Part shown: positions 49,094 to 59,399 of the stretch, piece by piece
Numbering within the stretch: the first letter of the stretch is position 1
How the letters are laid out: each line of letters starts with the position of its first letter
Origin: Candidatus Babeliales bacterium
Lineage (GTDB): Bacteria; Babelota; Babeliae; Babelales; JANWKD01
NCBI GenBank assembly: GCA_963762115.1
Contig: CAVXJH010000006.1
Span: forward strand, 288,001 to 352,000
Direction: 5' to 3'
Length of the DNA: 64,000 bases
The notes under the pieces: model-generated
What the model was told of the DNA's origin: nothing
Seen by the model: the letters and a program-made list of their open reading frames with translations, nothing else
Databases searched by the model: none
Position numbers and translations under genes: made by a program

Positions 49094-52000
49094 TTAACTT
49101 CCAAAATCAATATTAGAAGGATCACCAGCAGCCGATGCTGTGCGATCACCAGTACTTTCAGAAGGTGGTGTGATTGTTTTATCATTGATTCCTTTACCTG
49201 TGTCAGGCCCTTTATTGCCTCCTGTAGGCGTGCTCGTGCCTCCTGATTTTGTGCCGCCGCCGGGTTTAATGAGGGGAATTGAAGGGGTCACCGTACCTTT
49301 TTGTTGGTAGATGCCACGAGCAGTGGTGATTGCTGACAATAATTCTGTTTCTAATGGCGGGTTGGTGTAGTTGCTTTGTAAAAGATTGAACATATCAATT
49401 CCTTGATTGATGGCAGCTTTATTGCCTTGTTTATAAAGATTCAAAGTTACTAAACTGAGCAAGCCATATTTTTTGTCTGGATGAGCTTGTATATCAGTAT
49501 AACTAATGCCCGGTTGATAATTTGGGTTATAGCTCGTGCCGCTGTCATCTAAAACAATAAAGACGAGGTAATCGAGAAGAATATTTTGTTTTGTGTCTTT
49601 GAGTGGTTGGCCCATGGTATCGGTTAATGGCATAGTGTAAATATATTGATAGTTTTCGATTGCTTTTTGGCTTGCAGGTTTTAGGGTGAATGGTGCAAAA
49701 GATACTTTCATATTTTGAGCGGAGTATGCTTTTTGTAGATTCTGAATGGTGGTTACCAATGAATCAGGAAGAGGGAATGTTTTTGTGTAGTTGGCAAACG
49801 CATCAGAAATTCTGAGTCCAGAATCGGTGCCATTATTGTTGAATGCTTTTTGTGTAACAAGACTTATAACATCATCACTTTCAAGTGGATATTTGCCAAG
49901 ATCGTTTACTCCATTTAAATCGGCATTGATGGTGCACATAACGATATAATCATCGATAGTATTTTCTGCATTATTTTTCAAATTTGTTGCTTGTGTGTTG
50001 TAGATGAAATGACCTTTGAGTATTTGATCTTTGGTGACAGCTTTTGGATTAAATGAGCCAACAGATGGATTAAGTTGGTAGGAAAGCAATTTGCGTGCAG
50101 CTGCTTCGCGTTGTATTGTAGGGGTGATTGTTATTATATTGGCATCATCAGGACTTGTTGAGCATGCTGTGGGTAAACTTTTGCAATAACCGTGTGCAGG
50201 GCGTAATGCTGGTATTGGTTTAACGGGAATTGTTGGTTTATTAATTTGATATTCAATTGCTGCGCCGGAAGAAATTACCCCAATTGTTTTTTGTGATGGC
50301 AATGCAGTTACGGCATACGATTGTGTTGTAACTTGTGTTGGCGCATCTTCTGACCAGAACTTGACTTGGAGTGTTGTGCCATTGAGCCGTGCATTGAGAT
50401 AATACCAAGTATTAACCGCAAAATTATTCGCTGGCATTGATTCTTTGAACCAACCTTTGCCTTCATGTTCATAGGCATTTACGCTAATAGGTTCGTTTAT
50501 CATTTCACGTTTGAATACTGCCATTTTTGCTAGATGATCCAGATCAAGATCGAGATCAGGACTTTTATTTTTATCAGTGAGTGCTGCAATATTGAGTTCT
50601 TTACCACCAATATAAATACCAATATAAAAACTATTTAATAAGTAAATTGCTTTAAATCTAATTTCAATTTCATTGACTGACTGTGCCATAGGAATTGTTT
50701 CTTTTTGATTAAACCAATTTTTACTCATTGTTTTTTTGCTCAAAAGTGAATCATTATTGCTTTGAGAAACCGCTTCAGGCATGACGGCAATTTCTTGACT
50801 AAAGCTAGTGCGGCCTGCGTTATATAATGAGAATCCTTGTGATGGATTAAGTTCATAGACTCCCGTTTGAATACCATACACAGAACCAACATCAGCATAC
50901 GCAAGCCCATAAGAATCGGGCGTTAAGAGTTGTGACCACCAATTTTCAAGCAAGAATGACATTTGTTCTTTTAATGCTTCAAAATTTTTGTTCATAAAGT
51001 TTTCATAAAAACCAACACTGCGTTCTTCGTTGCTTAATTCCGCTTGATATTTGAGTTGAAGTTCATTGGTGATTTCTGTTTGTTGTTGTTGGAAAATGAG
51101 TTCACTATTACCAATAAACGTACTAAATGTTTCAACAAAGGCATGTTGTTCATCTTTTTCATATTGTTTTAATTCATCTTCTTGGACTGAAGTAACAATT
51201 TGAATAATTTGTGGGCCAACCGTCATGGCAATCATAGGCAGAATAACCCATGCACTTGAGCCGCCAGTAAGCGGTATGGTTGCTAATAATAAGGCAGTGG
51301 TGATTACCGCATTAATGGTGCGCTCATTGGCGCTGAGTGTTTCGCGTGCATCTTGTGCAGCTTGGAAGGGATTAACATCATGATCGAATATCCAGCCAAT
51401 GCCTGCTCCAACAAATGCCGCTGCCGTTGATGCATCAATGAAAATTCGCGTGAGAATTGAAATGAAATATTGTGCATATTTGAGCGCATTCATGAGGTCA
51501 TCATAAAAGAATTTGAAGGTATAGGTGAGTTGATTAAGAATGGAAACGGCGGCATCGATGCCCATTTGTTTTAATCCATCGACAATTGCATTGCCCATGG
51601 ATTTATAATCACCGGCAACCAAATCGGTTGCTGTTTGCGCAATAAGCATAACAGCATCGGCACTTAATTTCATTACGCCGCCTACATCATATACGGCAAC
51701 ATTGGCTAAATCTGCCAAGCCATCAATAAGCATTTCATAGTCGGCGATAAAGGCTCCTGAAACATCGGTGCAAAGTTCTGAATCTTGACCAGCTAAAACA
51801 GTGTTGCAGACATCATTTATGCCGGCGCCGATATTTTCAACAAGTTCTGTAGCGACACCTTTAACGCCATGTATGGCAGTTGTTGCTGTTTCGATGACAT
51901 CATTCACCACTTTATTTAGATCCACGCCTGCTTTTTTCATATCATCAACAGCGTGTTTGCGTAATGTTTCTGCACTTTTTAATAATCTATCAGCATCTTG

Positions 52001-53725
52001 TGGCGAAAGTCCTGTCAAGGCTTCACCCAGACCAGGAATTTTTGCAATGCCTCCTTCTATTTCATAAACGCCTGATAAAAATGATTCTGCCAATGATTCG
52101 CCAGCATCCTCCAATGCACTAAAGGCATCACTTCCTGTTTTTTCTATATCATCCCAGACATCGCTGACGGCGCTGCCAATATCCTCAAAAAAATCGCTCC
52201 AACCTTGTACTTTGACGGTGCCTTTTTGTGGCTTGATGAGTTTGTTAAATGATTTGGCAACAGGATCAGTTGTTTGGTTGTGTAAAGCTTGTTCAGCAAC
52301 CTCCTGTTCCATCGAATCATTAAGATGATTAAGATCATCCAAATATACATAATCTTCAGCGCTATATAATAAAATTGATGGTTGTGGACCGGATTGATTT
52401 TTTTTTGTGCGATTCATAAAGGTCATGGTGCTATCCAAATGATCTTTGTTGTAGAGATAATGGGTGAGTGCATGTAAAATTTTTACCATACTAAATAGGT
52501 TAATTTGATCATGGAGTGTTGGTTGGCCTTGTAAGAGTTTTAAATCATCGGGTACTTTTTTTTGAGCGATTGCATTGAAGGCATTTATCGCATCAGTTTC
52601 ACCTAGTACGGCTACTTTATAAAATGGTGTTGTTTGAAAATCTTTTATTGCAGCATATATTTTGAGTTGATCATAGGTGCCTGTTTTTGCATCTTTGAAA
52701 ATTTTCCAGTCATTACAGTTCTCTAATAATCTGAGCCGGAAAGCATCGGTTAAAAGAAGACTGAGATGATACATTTCCGATCCATTGCGCAGCGCTACAA
52801 AATCTGGATGATAATAGGCAACTTCAATGTTGGGTATATATAAGAAAATACTTTGTTCTAGTTGCTTTATTGAATTTAAAATGACCGCATCTTGTATGAA
52901 TGTTCTTGCAATCGTATATTTCAGATAATTTTGCCAGAACGTTGCGTTGATAAGACTTTTTGTCGTGATGGTATTGAGACTATTCCAGAAAGAACTTTGC
53001 GGTACTTCTTGCCATGTTTTTGCATCAATAGTGCCATTCACGGCTTGCCACTGAGGTGTCAGAGCAGGATCAAATAATTTTTTTTCTAAAGCATCCCAGC
53101 TGCCTGCTTTTGCAATCATTGTTTTGACTAATCCTTGCCAAGAAGATTGTTGAATGATGGTTACAAAATCAACGGCCAATTGCGGAGCGAGTGCTGCTAA
53201 GCGAGCTGCATATTCAACTTTTACGACATATTCAAAATAAAAATAAAATTTTTTGAAATAATCCAATAAAATAGGGCTCATGTTAAGACCATTTGAGCCG
53301 TAGTCTGCATCAAGTGCAGCTGCATTTAATGAAACAAGAGGGAATGGATTTTTTGTTGCAGGTTTTGTTGAAGGGTCAAGGGGATTAAAAAGTTGTAAGG
53401 CAATTTTTTCGGCAATAGCAACAACGCTGCGATTTTGTTCTGCTGCTTGTTGTGGTGTTATTGCATAGAGATTGCATGTTTTTTTATCAACAACAATTGA
53501 GCCTATCAATTGATCTTTTGAAGATGCTGCACCGCATGCTTTGGTGACTTTTTGAAAAGTACCCGTTTTTGTGCAATGAACAATATCAGTTTCTTCGTCA
53601 TATTCGCAAACATCATCTTTTAGGGAGTTGAATGCAGAGCTTTGTGTGTTTACGCGATATGAATCTGCATATGATGCGGCAAAAAAGGCTATGCTTATCA
53701 GAAAAATAGTATTTCTTTTTTTCAT
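49094..53725 (-). CDS. Very large secreted protein with amphipathic helices, hydrophobic hairpin and beta-rich C-terminal region
   Basis: MKKRN signal after GGAG; TALLLATIPLTGGSSAWVILPMIAMTVG; similarity to the C-terminal domain of 53752. Confidence 0.8.
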   Translation of the reverse strand: MKKRNTIFLISIAFFAASYADSYRVNTQSSAFNSLKDDVCEYDEETDIVHCTKTGTFQKVTKACGAASSKDQLIGSIVVDKKTCNLYAITPQQAAEQNRSVVAIAEKIALQLFNPLDPSTKPATKNPFPLVSLNAAALDADYGSNGLNMSPILLDYFKKFYFYFEYVVKVEYAARLAALAPQLAVDFVTIIQQSSWQGLVKTMIAKAGSWDALEKKLFDPALTPQWQAVNGTIDAKTWQEVPQSSFWNSLNTITTKSLINATFWQNYLKYTIARTFIQDAVILNSIKQLEQSIFLYIPNIEVAYYHPDFVALRNGSEMYHLSLLLTDAFRLRLLENCNDWKIFKDAKTGTYDQLKIYAAIKDFQTTPFYKVAVLGETDAINAFNAIAQKKVPDDLKLLQGQPTLHDQINLFSMVKILHALTHYLYNKDHLDSTMTFMNRTKKNQSGPQPSILLYSAEDYVYLDDLNHLNDSMEQEVAEQALHNQTTDPVAKSFNKLIKPQKGTVKVQGWSDFFEDIGSAVSDVWDDIEKTGSDAFSALEDAGESLAESFLSGVYEIEGGIAKIPGLGEALTGLSPQDADRLLKSAETLRKHAVDDMKKAGVDLNKVVNDVIETATTAIHGVKGVATELVENIGAGINDVCNTVLAGQDSELCTDVSGAFIADYEMLIDGLADLANVAVYDVGGVMKLSADAVMLIAQTATDLVAGDYKSMGNAIVDGLKQMGIDAAVSILNQLTYTFKFFYDDLMNALKYAQYFISILTRIFIDASTAAAFVGAGIGWIFDHDVNPFQAAQDARETLSANERTINAVITTALLLATIPLTGGSSAWVILPMIAMTVGPQIIQIVTSVQEDELKQYEKDEQHAFVETFSTFIGNSELIFQQQQTEITNELQLKYQAELSNEERSVGFYENFMNKNFEALKEQMSFLLENWWSQLLTPDSYGLAYADVGSVYGIQTGVYELNPSQGFSLYNAGRTSFSQEIAVMPEAVSQSNNDSLLSKKTMSKNWFNQKETIPMAQSVNEIEIRFKAIYLLNSFYIGIYIGGKELNIAALTDKNKSPDLDLDLDHLAKMAVFKREMINEPISVNAYEHEGKGWFKESMPANNFAVNTWYYLNARLNGTTLQVKFWSEDAPTQVTTQSYAVTALPSQKTIGVISSGAAIEYQINKPTIPVKPIPALRPAHGYCKSLPTACSTSPDDANIITITPTIQREAAARKLLSYQLNPSVGSFNPKAVTKDQILKGHFIYNTQATNLKNNAENTIDDYIVMCTINADLNGVNDLGKYPLESDDVISLVTQKAFNNNGTDSGLRISDAFANYTKTFPLPDSLVTTIQNLQKAYSAQNMKVSFAPFTLKPASQKAIENYQYIYTMPLTDTMGQPLKDTKQNILLDYLVFIVLDDSGTSYNPNYQPGISYTDIQAHPDKKYGLLSLVTLNLYKQGNKAAINQGIDMFNLLQSNYTNPPLETELLSAITTARGIYQQKGTVTPSIPLIKPGGGTKSGGTSTPTGGNKGPDTGKGINDKTITPPSESTGDRTASAAGDPSNIDFGS

Positions 53726-53751
53726 GATTACTCCGTCAATTCTTATTCTTG

Positions 53752-55557
53752 TCATTTGCTAGCGGCCTTAAAATTTTTAATGTTTTCTGATGTATATACC
53801 AATGATTCGGGTTTTATGAGCGTGAATTCTGCTTGACAACCAGCGGCCATAAAACCAATACCGCCAAAAATTGCTAAATAGGGATCGTTAAGTCCATCAA
53901 TTGTTTTTTGCATGATAATCTCATTGGTTTTTCCTTTTTTTGTCACCGTAAGAGCAACTTGATTTGGTTGTGTGGTGATGTTGAACAAAAAGGTTATTGG
54001 CTCTTTTATCAGCAGTGCACGATCTTTATCGTTTAGTTTGAAAAGATTTGTTTTTGCATCAGTGGTGATTTGTTCTAAGGGAGTTACGAATTCTGAGATT
54101 TCTTTACCATCTTTTTCTTTTTTGGTGGTGTATTGTTGTGCAAAACATACTGAAATAGTTGAGGTGGTGTTTGTTGTGTCGGTTGTTCCATAAAGACCGA
54201 GCAGGCGACATTGAAAAAAACGTTCGGGAACGCCGGAGATCCAACGAGCTTTATTAAACATCACGCCAACAAAAAATGGGTATTGGCAATTGATAAGACG
54301 ACATTCAACTTCAATCTCATACTGTGCTTTTTTGCTGCTATATTCGGTGAAAATATGATCTCTTTGCGCAGATTTTGCATCAGTTTTATCAAAAGTTGAT
54401 AAGCCATTTTGCCAAAAACTATTATGATCGGGGTCATATTCCCAATCGCTCCCTGAGACGGGAAAGACGCTGTGCCAATGAATGTTTTTGGGGGTATTCA
54501 TATGAGATACTTCAAAAAATTGATCGCTCCAAATAGGAGGATATTCTAAATCATGCGAGATGGGTTGATTTAAGTTAATTGCCTGAAAAAGATACTGCGT
54601 TTCATCGCTCAATTGTTGATTTTGTGCTTGGTATTGTGCTGCGGCCGTTGTTGCAGAAGCAATAAAGGCGGTGCTTATTGTTTTTCTGAGTGCGTTTTGA
54701 TCAGTTTTTGTTTGTTTTATAAATTCTGAGAAACCATCTTGAATTTTTTGTTGTTGATCTGAATATTCTTTAAATTTTTTTGCATCGAGTTCGCTAATAA
54801 AACCATTATACATGCTGCTGCCACCCATTAAAATTGATTGTAATGCAATCATGCCAATTTCTGCCCAAAATTGTGTTTGCACTTCTGGCAGCAAGAGTTG
54901 TGAGCGCAAGCGCAAACTATTTCTCGTTTCATTGTTTTGCCAAAAAGACATAATTGGTGGGAGTAATGCATGCGTTGCATTGTGCAAGAATCGTGAAACT
55001 TTTTGATAATCAGTCAGTAGGTTAGTACGCTCAAAATCACTATATTCGACTAATTTTTGTGCTGTCTTTTTGACAAAATCATCTGAAGTTTTTTTGGTAA
55101 ATTGTTTTTTGATCCATGTTTTTGTGTGGTTGTACGTTGTGTGAACAATGCCTTGTATTTTTTCGGTGATGCTCAATTGTTTGTTAATGAGTTGTTCATA
55201 CTTGCGAAGATGCTCAAGATACGTTTCCAAAACAAAGCGATCAAAAAAAATTTTTGGGGGAATTGGTTTTTCTGCTTGCTCTAAACTGTGTATAGTTGCT
55301 TCAATCAGTTGTTTTCGTTCGGTTAGTTTTTGTACTGCTTGAGCAGCAATGAGTGAAAGTTCATAGGGAGAAGCGGAAAGAAGATTTTTTAGTAATGATT
55401 CTGTTGCATGAAAACGAGCCGATGAAATTTGCATTCCTGTTGGGCCATAGAGTTGTTGCATAAGCCAATTTGTTTTATGTTCTCGTGTTGTTATTGGTTC
55501 TTGCGCAAGAAGATACCATGGTAAAAACAGAAAAACCAAAACACTATATTTTTTCAT
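53752..55557 (-). CDS. Secreted protein with hydrophobic segment, coiled coil and beta-sandwich-like domain
   Basis: AAGGAG RBS, signal peptide; FWAEIGMIALQSILMGG followed by a Q/K-rich helix; GIGFMAAGCQAEF. Confidence 0.8.
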   Translation of the reverse strand: MKKYSVLVFLFLPWYLLAQEPITTREHKTNWLMQQLYGPTGMQISSARFHATESLLKNLLSASPYELSLIAAQAVQKLTERKQLIEATIHSLEQAEKPIPPKIFFDRFVLETYLEHLRKYEQLINKQLSITEKIQGIVHTTYNHTKTWIKKQFTKKTSDDFVKKTAQKLVEYSDFERTNLLTDYQKVSRFLHNATHALLPPIMSFWQNNETRNSLRLRSQLLLPEVQTQFWAEIGMIALQSILMGGSSMYNGFISELDAKKFKEYSDQQQKIQDGFSEFIKQTKTDQNALRKTISTAFIASATTAAAQYQAQNQQLSDETQYLFQAINLNQPISHDLEYPPIWSDQFFEVSHMNTPKNIHWHSVFPVSGSDWEYDPDHNSFWQNGLSTFDKTDAKSAQRDHIFTEYSSKKAQYEIEVECRLINCQYPFFVGVMFNKARWISGVPERFFQCRLLGLYGTTDTTNTTSTISVCFAQQYTTKKEKDGKEISEFVTPLEQITTDAKTNLFKLNDKDRALLIKEPITFLFNITTQPNQVALTVTKKGKTNEIIMQKTIDGLNDPYLAIFGGIGFMAAGCQAEFTLIKPESLVYTSENIKNFKAASK

Positions 55558-55582
55558 AAACAACTCCTTAAACCCTTTTTAC

Positions 55583-57133
55583 TTATTCAATTGATCCTGT
55601 ATCGTCGGTAATTCCCGATTGAGAGGAAACTTGTACTGCATTAAGAGCATTTTTAATGCCTTCTAAATAAGCGCTGCATGCTTTACAACTTCTATCATTT
55701 GGTTGTGCCATGCCAGCTTGTTGGGCAGCATTTTGAATAATGCAGCCAAGACAAGGATCAAGAATCGCTTCATGTTTGAAAACGGGATCAAAAAGAATTG
55801 AAAAATCACCTACACAGGCACGAAGCATTTTGATAATACCATCGTATGAGTTCATCCAAGCAGGCTGCTGTAACACTTCTTGCACATAAATATATTGCAT
55901 GGTCGGAATGTTAACATAGAGATGTTTTGCTTGGCCTATGTCTTTGGTTTTTTTTCCTTTTTTAGTGGTGAAATAAGCAAGTTGGATGGTAGATTCATAG
56001 CCAAATTTATCCTTGAGCGTTGATCCCGTTGTTGCAGATTTCACCAAAGCATCTGGCCAGGGAATGTTTGCAACATTTTTTGGTAAACTTTGTGCAATTT
56101 GAGGTATTAGTTTTAAAGCGCGTAGACTTGGTGTGTCGTAAAAAAAGAGTGGCGGATTAATTTGTTGAACGTTTTGCAAAGCTTTTAACGTATTAGTAAT
56201 ATTTTGTTTCTCGACTGATTTATCACTATTAAAGTTTGTATTAACTTGTGGTGTCGCGGTATCAATAATTTTTTTTATGCGTTGTGCATGGGCAACAAAG
56301 GTGTTAAAGCCGGTGCTTGAATCTTGTTTTGATAACGATGCGGCATACGCATTAAAAAATTTTAAATAGTTGCCAAGGAAGGTGAGGTATTGTGTTCGTT
56401 TTGTGTCATATGTTGGTTTTAACAAAACTTGCACTGAAGGGTCAGTAAGCAGTGTCTTTTCTGAATCTTTGAGCATCATATCGAGATTTGCACCATAATC
56501 ATTTTTCATGAGCATGGTACCTGTGTAGGTTGCAAGATGTTTAGGCAATCCTGCAGGAAATCGCGCTAATATTGCTTGATTTGATTGTGCTTCAATAATG
56601 CTAATAAGATGATTGATAATCAATTTCTTTTTTATTATGCAATTTTTGGTTTCTTCATCGAGGTATTGCTCAAGCGAATTGAGTGGCGTGAGATTAAAAA
56701 CGGTATAAATTTTGGTAAGATAGGTATACAATTCATGTAAATAGAGTACATGGATTTTGCTAAAATAAACGGTGAAATAGGTGTCTTCTTCAATACTTTT
56801 CAAAAAAGTATCGAGTGATTGACTTAAGTTTCCATCATCAGGAAATAACGTTCCTGCAGCAGGATGAACAACAATGGGCGTTGCTGTTTTGGTAAAACTA
56901 CAAAAACTTGTTTGAAATCCGTTGCCAACGGCAATGGGTACGTTTGATTTGCTTTTTGCATTCACGGTTCGGATGTTTGTTTTTGGATCAGGTGGGTGAG
57001 CAACCACCAGTTGTGAAAGAGTATATTTTCTACCCTGTTTGTCGCCAGGAAGGTTGCCAATGCCATGTAAAACATTGAAGTGAATTGCTAAAAAAATGAA
57101 GGCAATAAAGAGGGCATAGTTTTTAATATTCAT
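55583..57133 (-). CDS. Secreted hypothetical protein, first gene of a 3-gene operon
   Basis: GAGG RBS, signal peptide; C-terminal CxxC...CxxC. Confidence 0.8.
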   Translation of the reverse strand: MNIKNYALFIAFIFLAIHFNVLHGIGNLPGDKQGRKYTLSQLVVAHPPDPKTNIRTVNAKSKSNVPIAVGNGFQTSFCSFTKTATPIVVHPAAGTLFPDDGNLSQSLDTFLKSIEEDTYFTVYFSKIHVLYLHELYTYLTKIYTVFNLTPLNSLEQYLDEETKNCIIKKKLIINHLISIIEAQSNQAILARFPAGLPKHLATYTGTMLMKNDYGANLDMMLKDSEKTLLTDPSVQVLLKPTYDTKRTQYLTFLGNYLKFFNAYAASLSKQDSSTGFNTFVAHAQRIKKIIDTATPQVNTNFNSDKSVEKQNITNTLKALQNVQQINPPLFFYDTPSLRALKLIPQIAQSLPKNVANIPWPDALVKSATTGSTLKDKFGYESTIQLAYFTTKKGKKTKDIGQAKHLYVNIPTMQYIYVQEVLQQPAWMNSYDGIIKMLRACVGDFSILFDPVFKHEAILDPCLGCIIQNAAQQAGMAQPNDRSCKACSAYLEGIKNALNAVQVSSQSGITDDTGSIE

Positions 57134-57290
57134 TATTATTCCTCATGTGTTTGATGATTGAAGAGATTCTAGTGTTTCAATAAGAAAGAAAGCAATACTT
57201 TTTTATTTTTTAAAAATTTACGTATTAGCTAAAAAGATTTATAGTAAGTTGCTGTAACATCATTGAATTTTTGAATGCAGAGGAACAGCA

Positions 57291-58496
57291 ATGTCTTTTA
57301 AACTTAGTTCATTTTTTATTCTTGTCAGTTGTGCTTTATTAGGTTTTTTTGGGTGGCGAAGTTATCATTATTTTTTTGATAAACATGCACCAGTTCTTCA
57401 TATTCGGGGAGTTAATCCTGATGAATATTATGCAGATGAGGTTCATTGTCGTCTTGAAGGTACTGATGCTTATAAAGTTGCTGATATTTCGGTGTGGCTT
57501 GATGGCAAGTTGTTAGTTCATAAATTTAAAATTAATGCAGCGAATTTTGAATATCCTTTTACGGTCGCCACAAAAAAATTATTGAATGGGTTACATGTTA
57601 TTAAAGCTGAAGCAGTAAGTGGTACCTATAATGCTGCAAAATCATCAATTGAGCGAAGTTTTTTTGTTGATAATAGTTCTTTACAAGCAGCTTTTTTGCG
57701 TTCTGATGCCGATCATAAGGTATTGCAGGGGCGTACGCTTCATATACAATTTCAAGTAAATAAAGATATTAAATCGGCAACAGCACGCGCATTATCACAT
57801 AGTTATTCATGTTTTCAAGAGGCTAAAAATTCACCCATTTATGAGTGTTTTATTCCTATAGCTTGCGAAGAGGTTCCTAATGAATATCCCGTGAGTATTG
57901 AAATTATAGATAATGTTGGCAACATTGTGGTCTTGGAAAATAAATTTCAAATTTTACCTTTTCAATTTAAAAAACAGGTACTGCGTGTTGATCCTGCAAA
58001 AGTTAAAGAAGAAAAAGAAGCGGGCATTGCTGCGCAAGAATTGGAAATTGAATTAGAAAAATTAGCACAACAATCACCTCAAAAAAAATTATGGCAAGGT
58101 GTTTTTTATCCGCCGATTGATATTACAGCAGTTTCAACTGAATATGGTACGGTTCGCACAACGCAAGAGCGTGGTCGTTATGCACATAAAGCTGTCGATG
58201 TGTTGAATATGCCAAAATCAGTGGTATGGGCAACGCAAGATGGCATTGTTGTGTTAAAAAATCGTTATGCGTATAGTGGAAACACTGTTGTAATCGATCA
58301 TGGTTATGGAATTTTATCACTTTTCTTCCATTTAGATTCATTTGCTGATATTACTGTTGGAGACCTCATAAAGCGAGGTAATCCGCTTGGTACTTTGGGA
58401 AAAACTGGGTATGCCAGTGGGTACCATTTGCACTGGGAAATGCGCATTAATAATATTCCTGTTGATCCTATGCAATGGATTAAACCAACTTTTTAA
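57291..58496 (+). CDS. M23-family metallopeptidase with N-terminal Ig-like region
   Basis: HKAVD, GNTVVIDHGYG, GKTGYASGYHLHWE, PVDP. Confidence 0.92.
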   Translation: MSFKLSSFFILVSCALLGFFGWRSYHYFFDKHAPVLHIRGVNPDEYYADEVHCRLEGTDAYKVADISVWLDGKLLVHKFKINAANFEYPFTVATKKLLNGLHVIKAEAVSGTYNAAKSSIERSFFVDNSSLQAAFLRSDADHKVLQGRTLHIQFQVNKDIKSATARALSHSYSCFQEAKNSPIYECFIPIACEEVPNEYPVSIEIIDNVGNIVVLENKFQILPFQFKKQVLRVDPAKVKEEKEAGIAAQELEIELEKLAQQSPQKKLWQGVFYPPIDITAVSTEYGTVRTTQERGRYAHKAVDVLNMPKSVVWATQDGIVVLKNRYAYSGNTVVIDHGYGILSLFFHLDSFADITVGDLIKRGNPLGTLGKTGYASGYHLHWEMRINNIPVDPMQWIKPTF

Positions 58497-58519
58497 TGAT
58501 ACTTGTTGGAGGGGATTGC

Positions 58520-59107
58520 ATGCATGATTTTTTTTATCGTATGAATTCGCGTATGGTATATTTGCTTTCAGTTCCCTCTCGTTACCGATATTTCATAACC
58601 ATTCTTATTGCTTTTTTTCTTGGTGCGTTATGGTTTTTTTGTTTATACAGGCCCCTTTGTGCATCGTTGAAAAAATATCGGCATCTTCATAGTGTGCCTA
58701 TGAATCGTGATGCTCTTACTCATGAAAAAAATGTTGAATATGTTGCCTTAAAAAAAATAGTTGATGCGGCAGAATCTGCTTATGCAAAAGAAATCAACAC
58801 CGTTCAATCACCGCGTATACTTGATGTGGTGAATGAAATATTTAATGCTCTTGCACGATATAATCTTACCTTTTGCTCGTATGCGCCAGAGGGTGTTTTT
58901 GATGAAGGATTGTTTATAAAACATGTTCTTCTTTTTGAAATAAAAGGATCATTCACTGCTTTGCAGCAATTTTTTATGGCCATTGAAAAAAGTGCCTATC
59001 TTTTAATTAACGATATGATTCGCTTACATAAGAATATGAGTGATGAACTTTCATGTACGTGTAAGCTTACTTTTTTGCAGCTTAAAAAGGAGTGCGATGA
59101 GAAATGA
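58520..59107 (+). CDS. PilO/GspM-like bitopic membrane protein
   Basis: GGAGG RBS; single TM, coiled region, then FEIKGSFTALQQFF resembling PilO G-x-Y/F-xx-L-xx-F. Confidence 0.6.
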   Translation: MHDFFYRMNSRMVYLLSVPSRYRYFITILIAFFLGALWFFCLYRPLCASLKKYRHLHSVPMNRDALTHEKNVEYVALKKIVDAAESAYAKEINTVQSPRILDVVNEIFNALARYNLTFCSYAPEGVFDEGLFIKHVLLFEIKGSFTALQQFFMAIEKSAYLLINDMIRLHKNMSDELSCTCKLTFLQLKKECDEK

Positions 59108-59399
59108 TCATAGAGTGTTTTTGCTGCTTATTATGTATAGCACGAGTAATTTTACTCAAGAACAAGAAGAGGTGCATCATGATAGAAACCCATTTTGCTT
59201 TGCTCGTGATGCGCACATTGTTGAAATCAAAAAAATAGAAAATATTGAGGCAGTAAAAGAAGAAAAACATGTCCAACTCATTAATACAGAAACAAAATGG
59301 CAAGTCAAAACGATCTTGCCAAGTTCAGTCATTGTACAACATAAAGAAGATGGACAAATTAGAGAGCTTGCTCTTACGGCCACACACATTTCGTCTTAG
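59097..59399 (+). CDS. Small PilP-like protein
   Basis: DRNPF motif and VKTILPSSVIV; directly follows the PilO-like gene. Confidence 0.45.
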   Translation: MRNDHRVFLLLIMYSTSNFTQEQEEVHHDRNPFCFARDAHIVEIKKIENIEAVKEEKHVQLINTETKWQVKTILPSSVIVQHKEDGQIRELALTATHISS

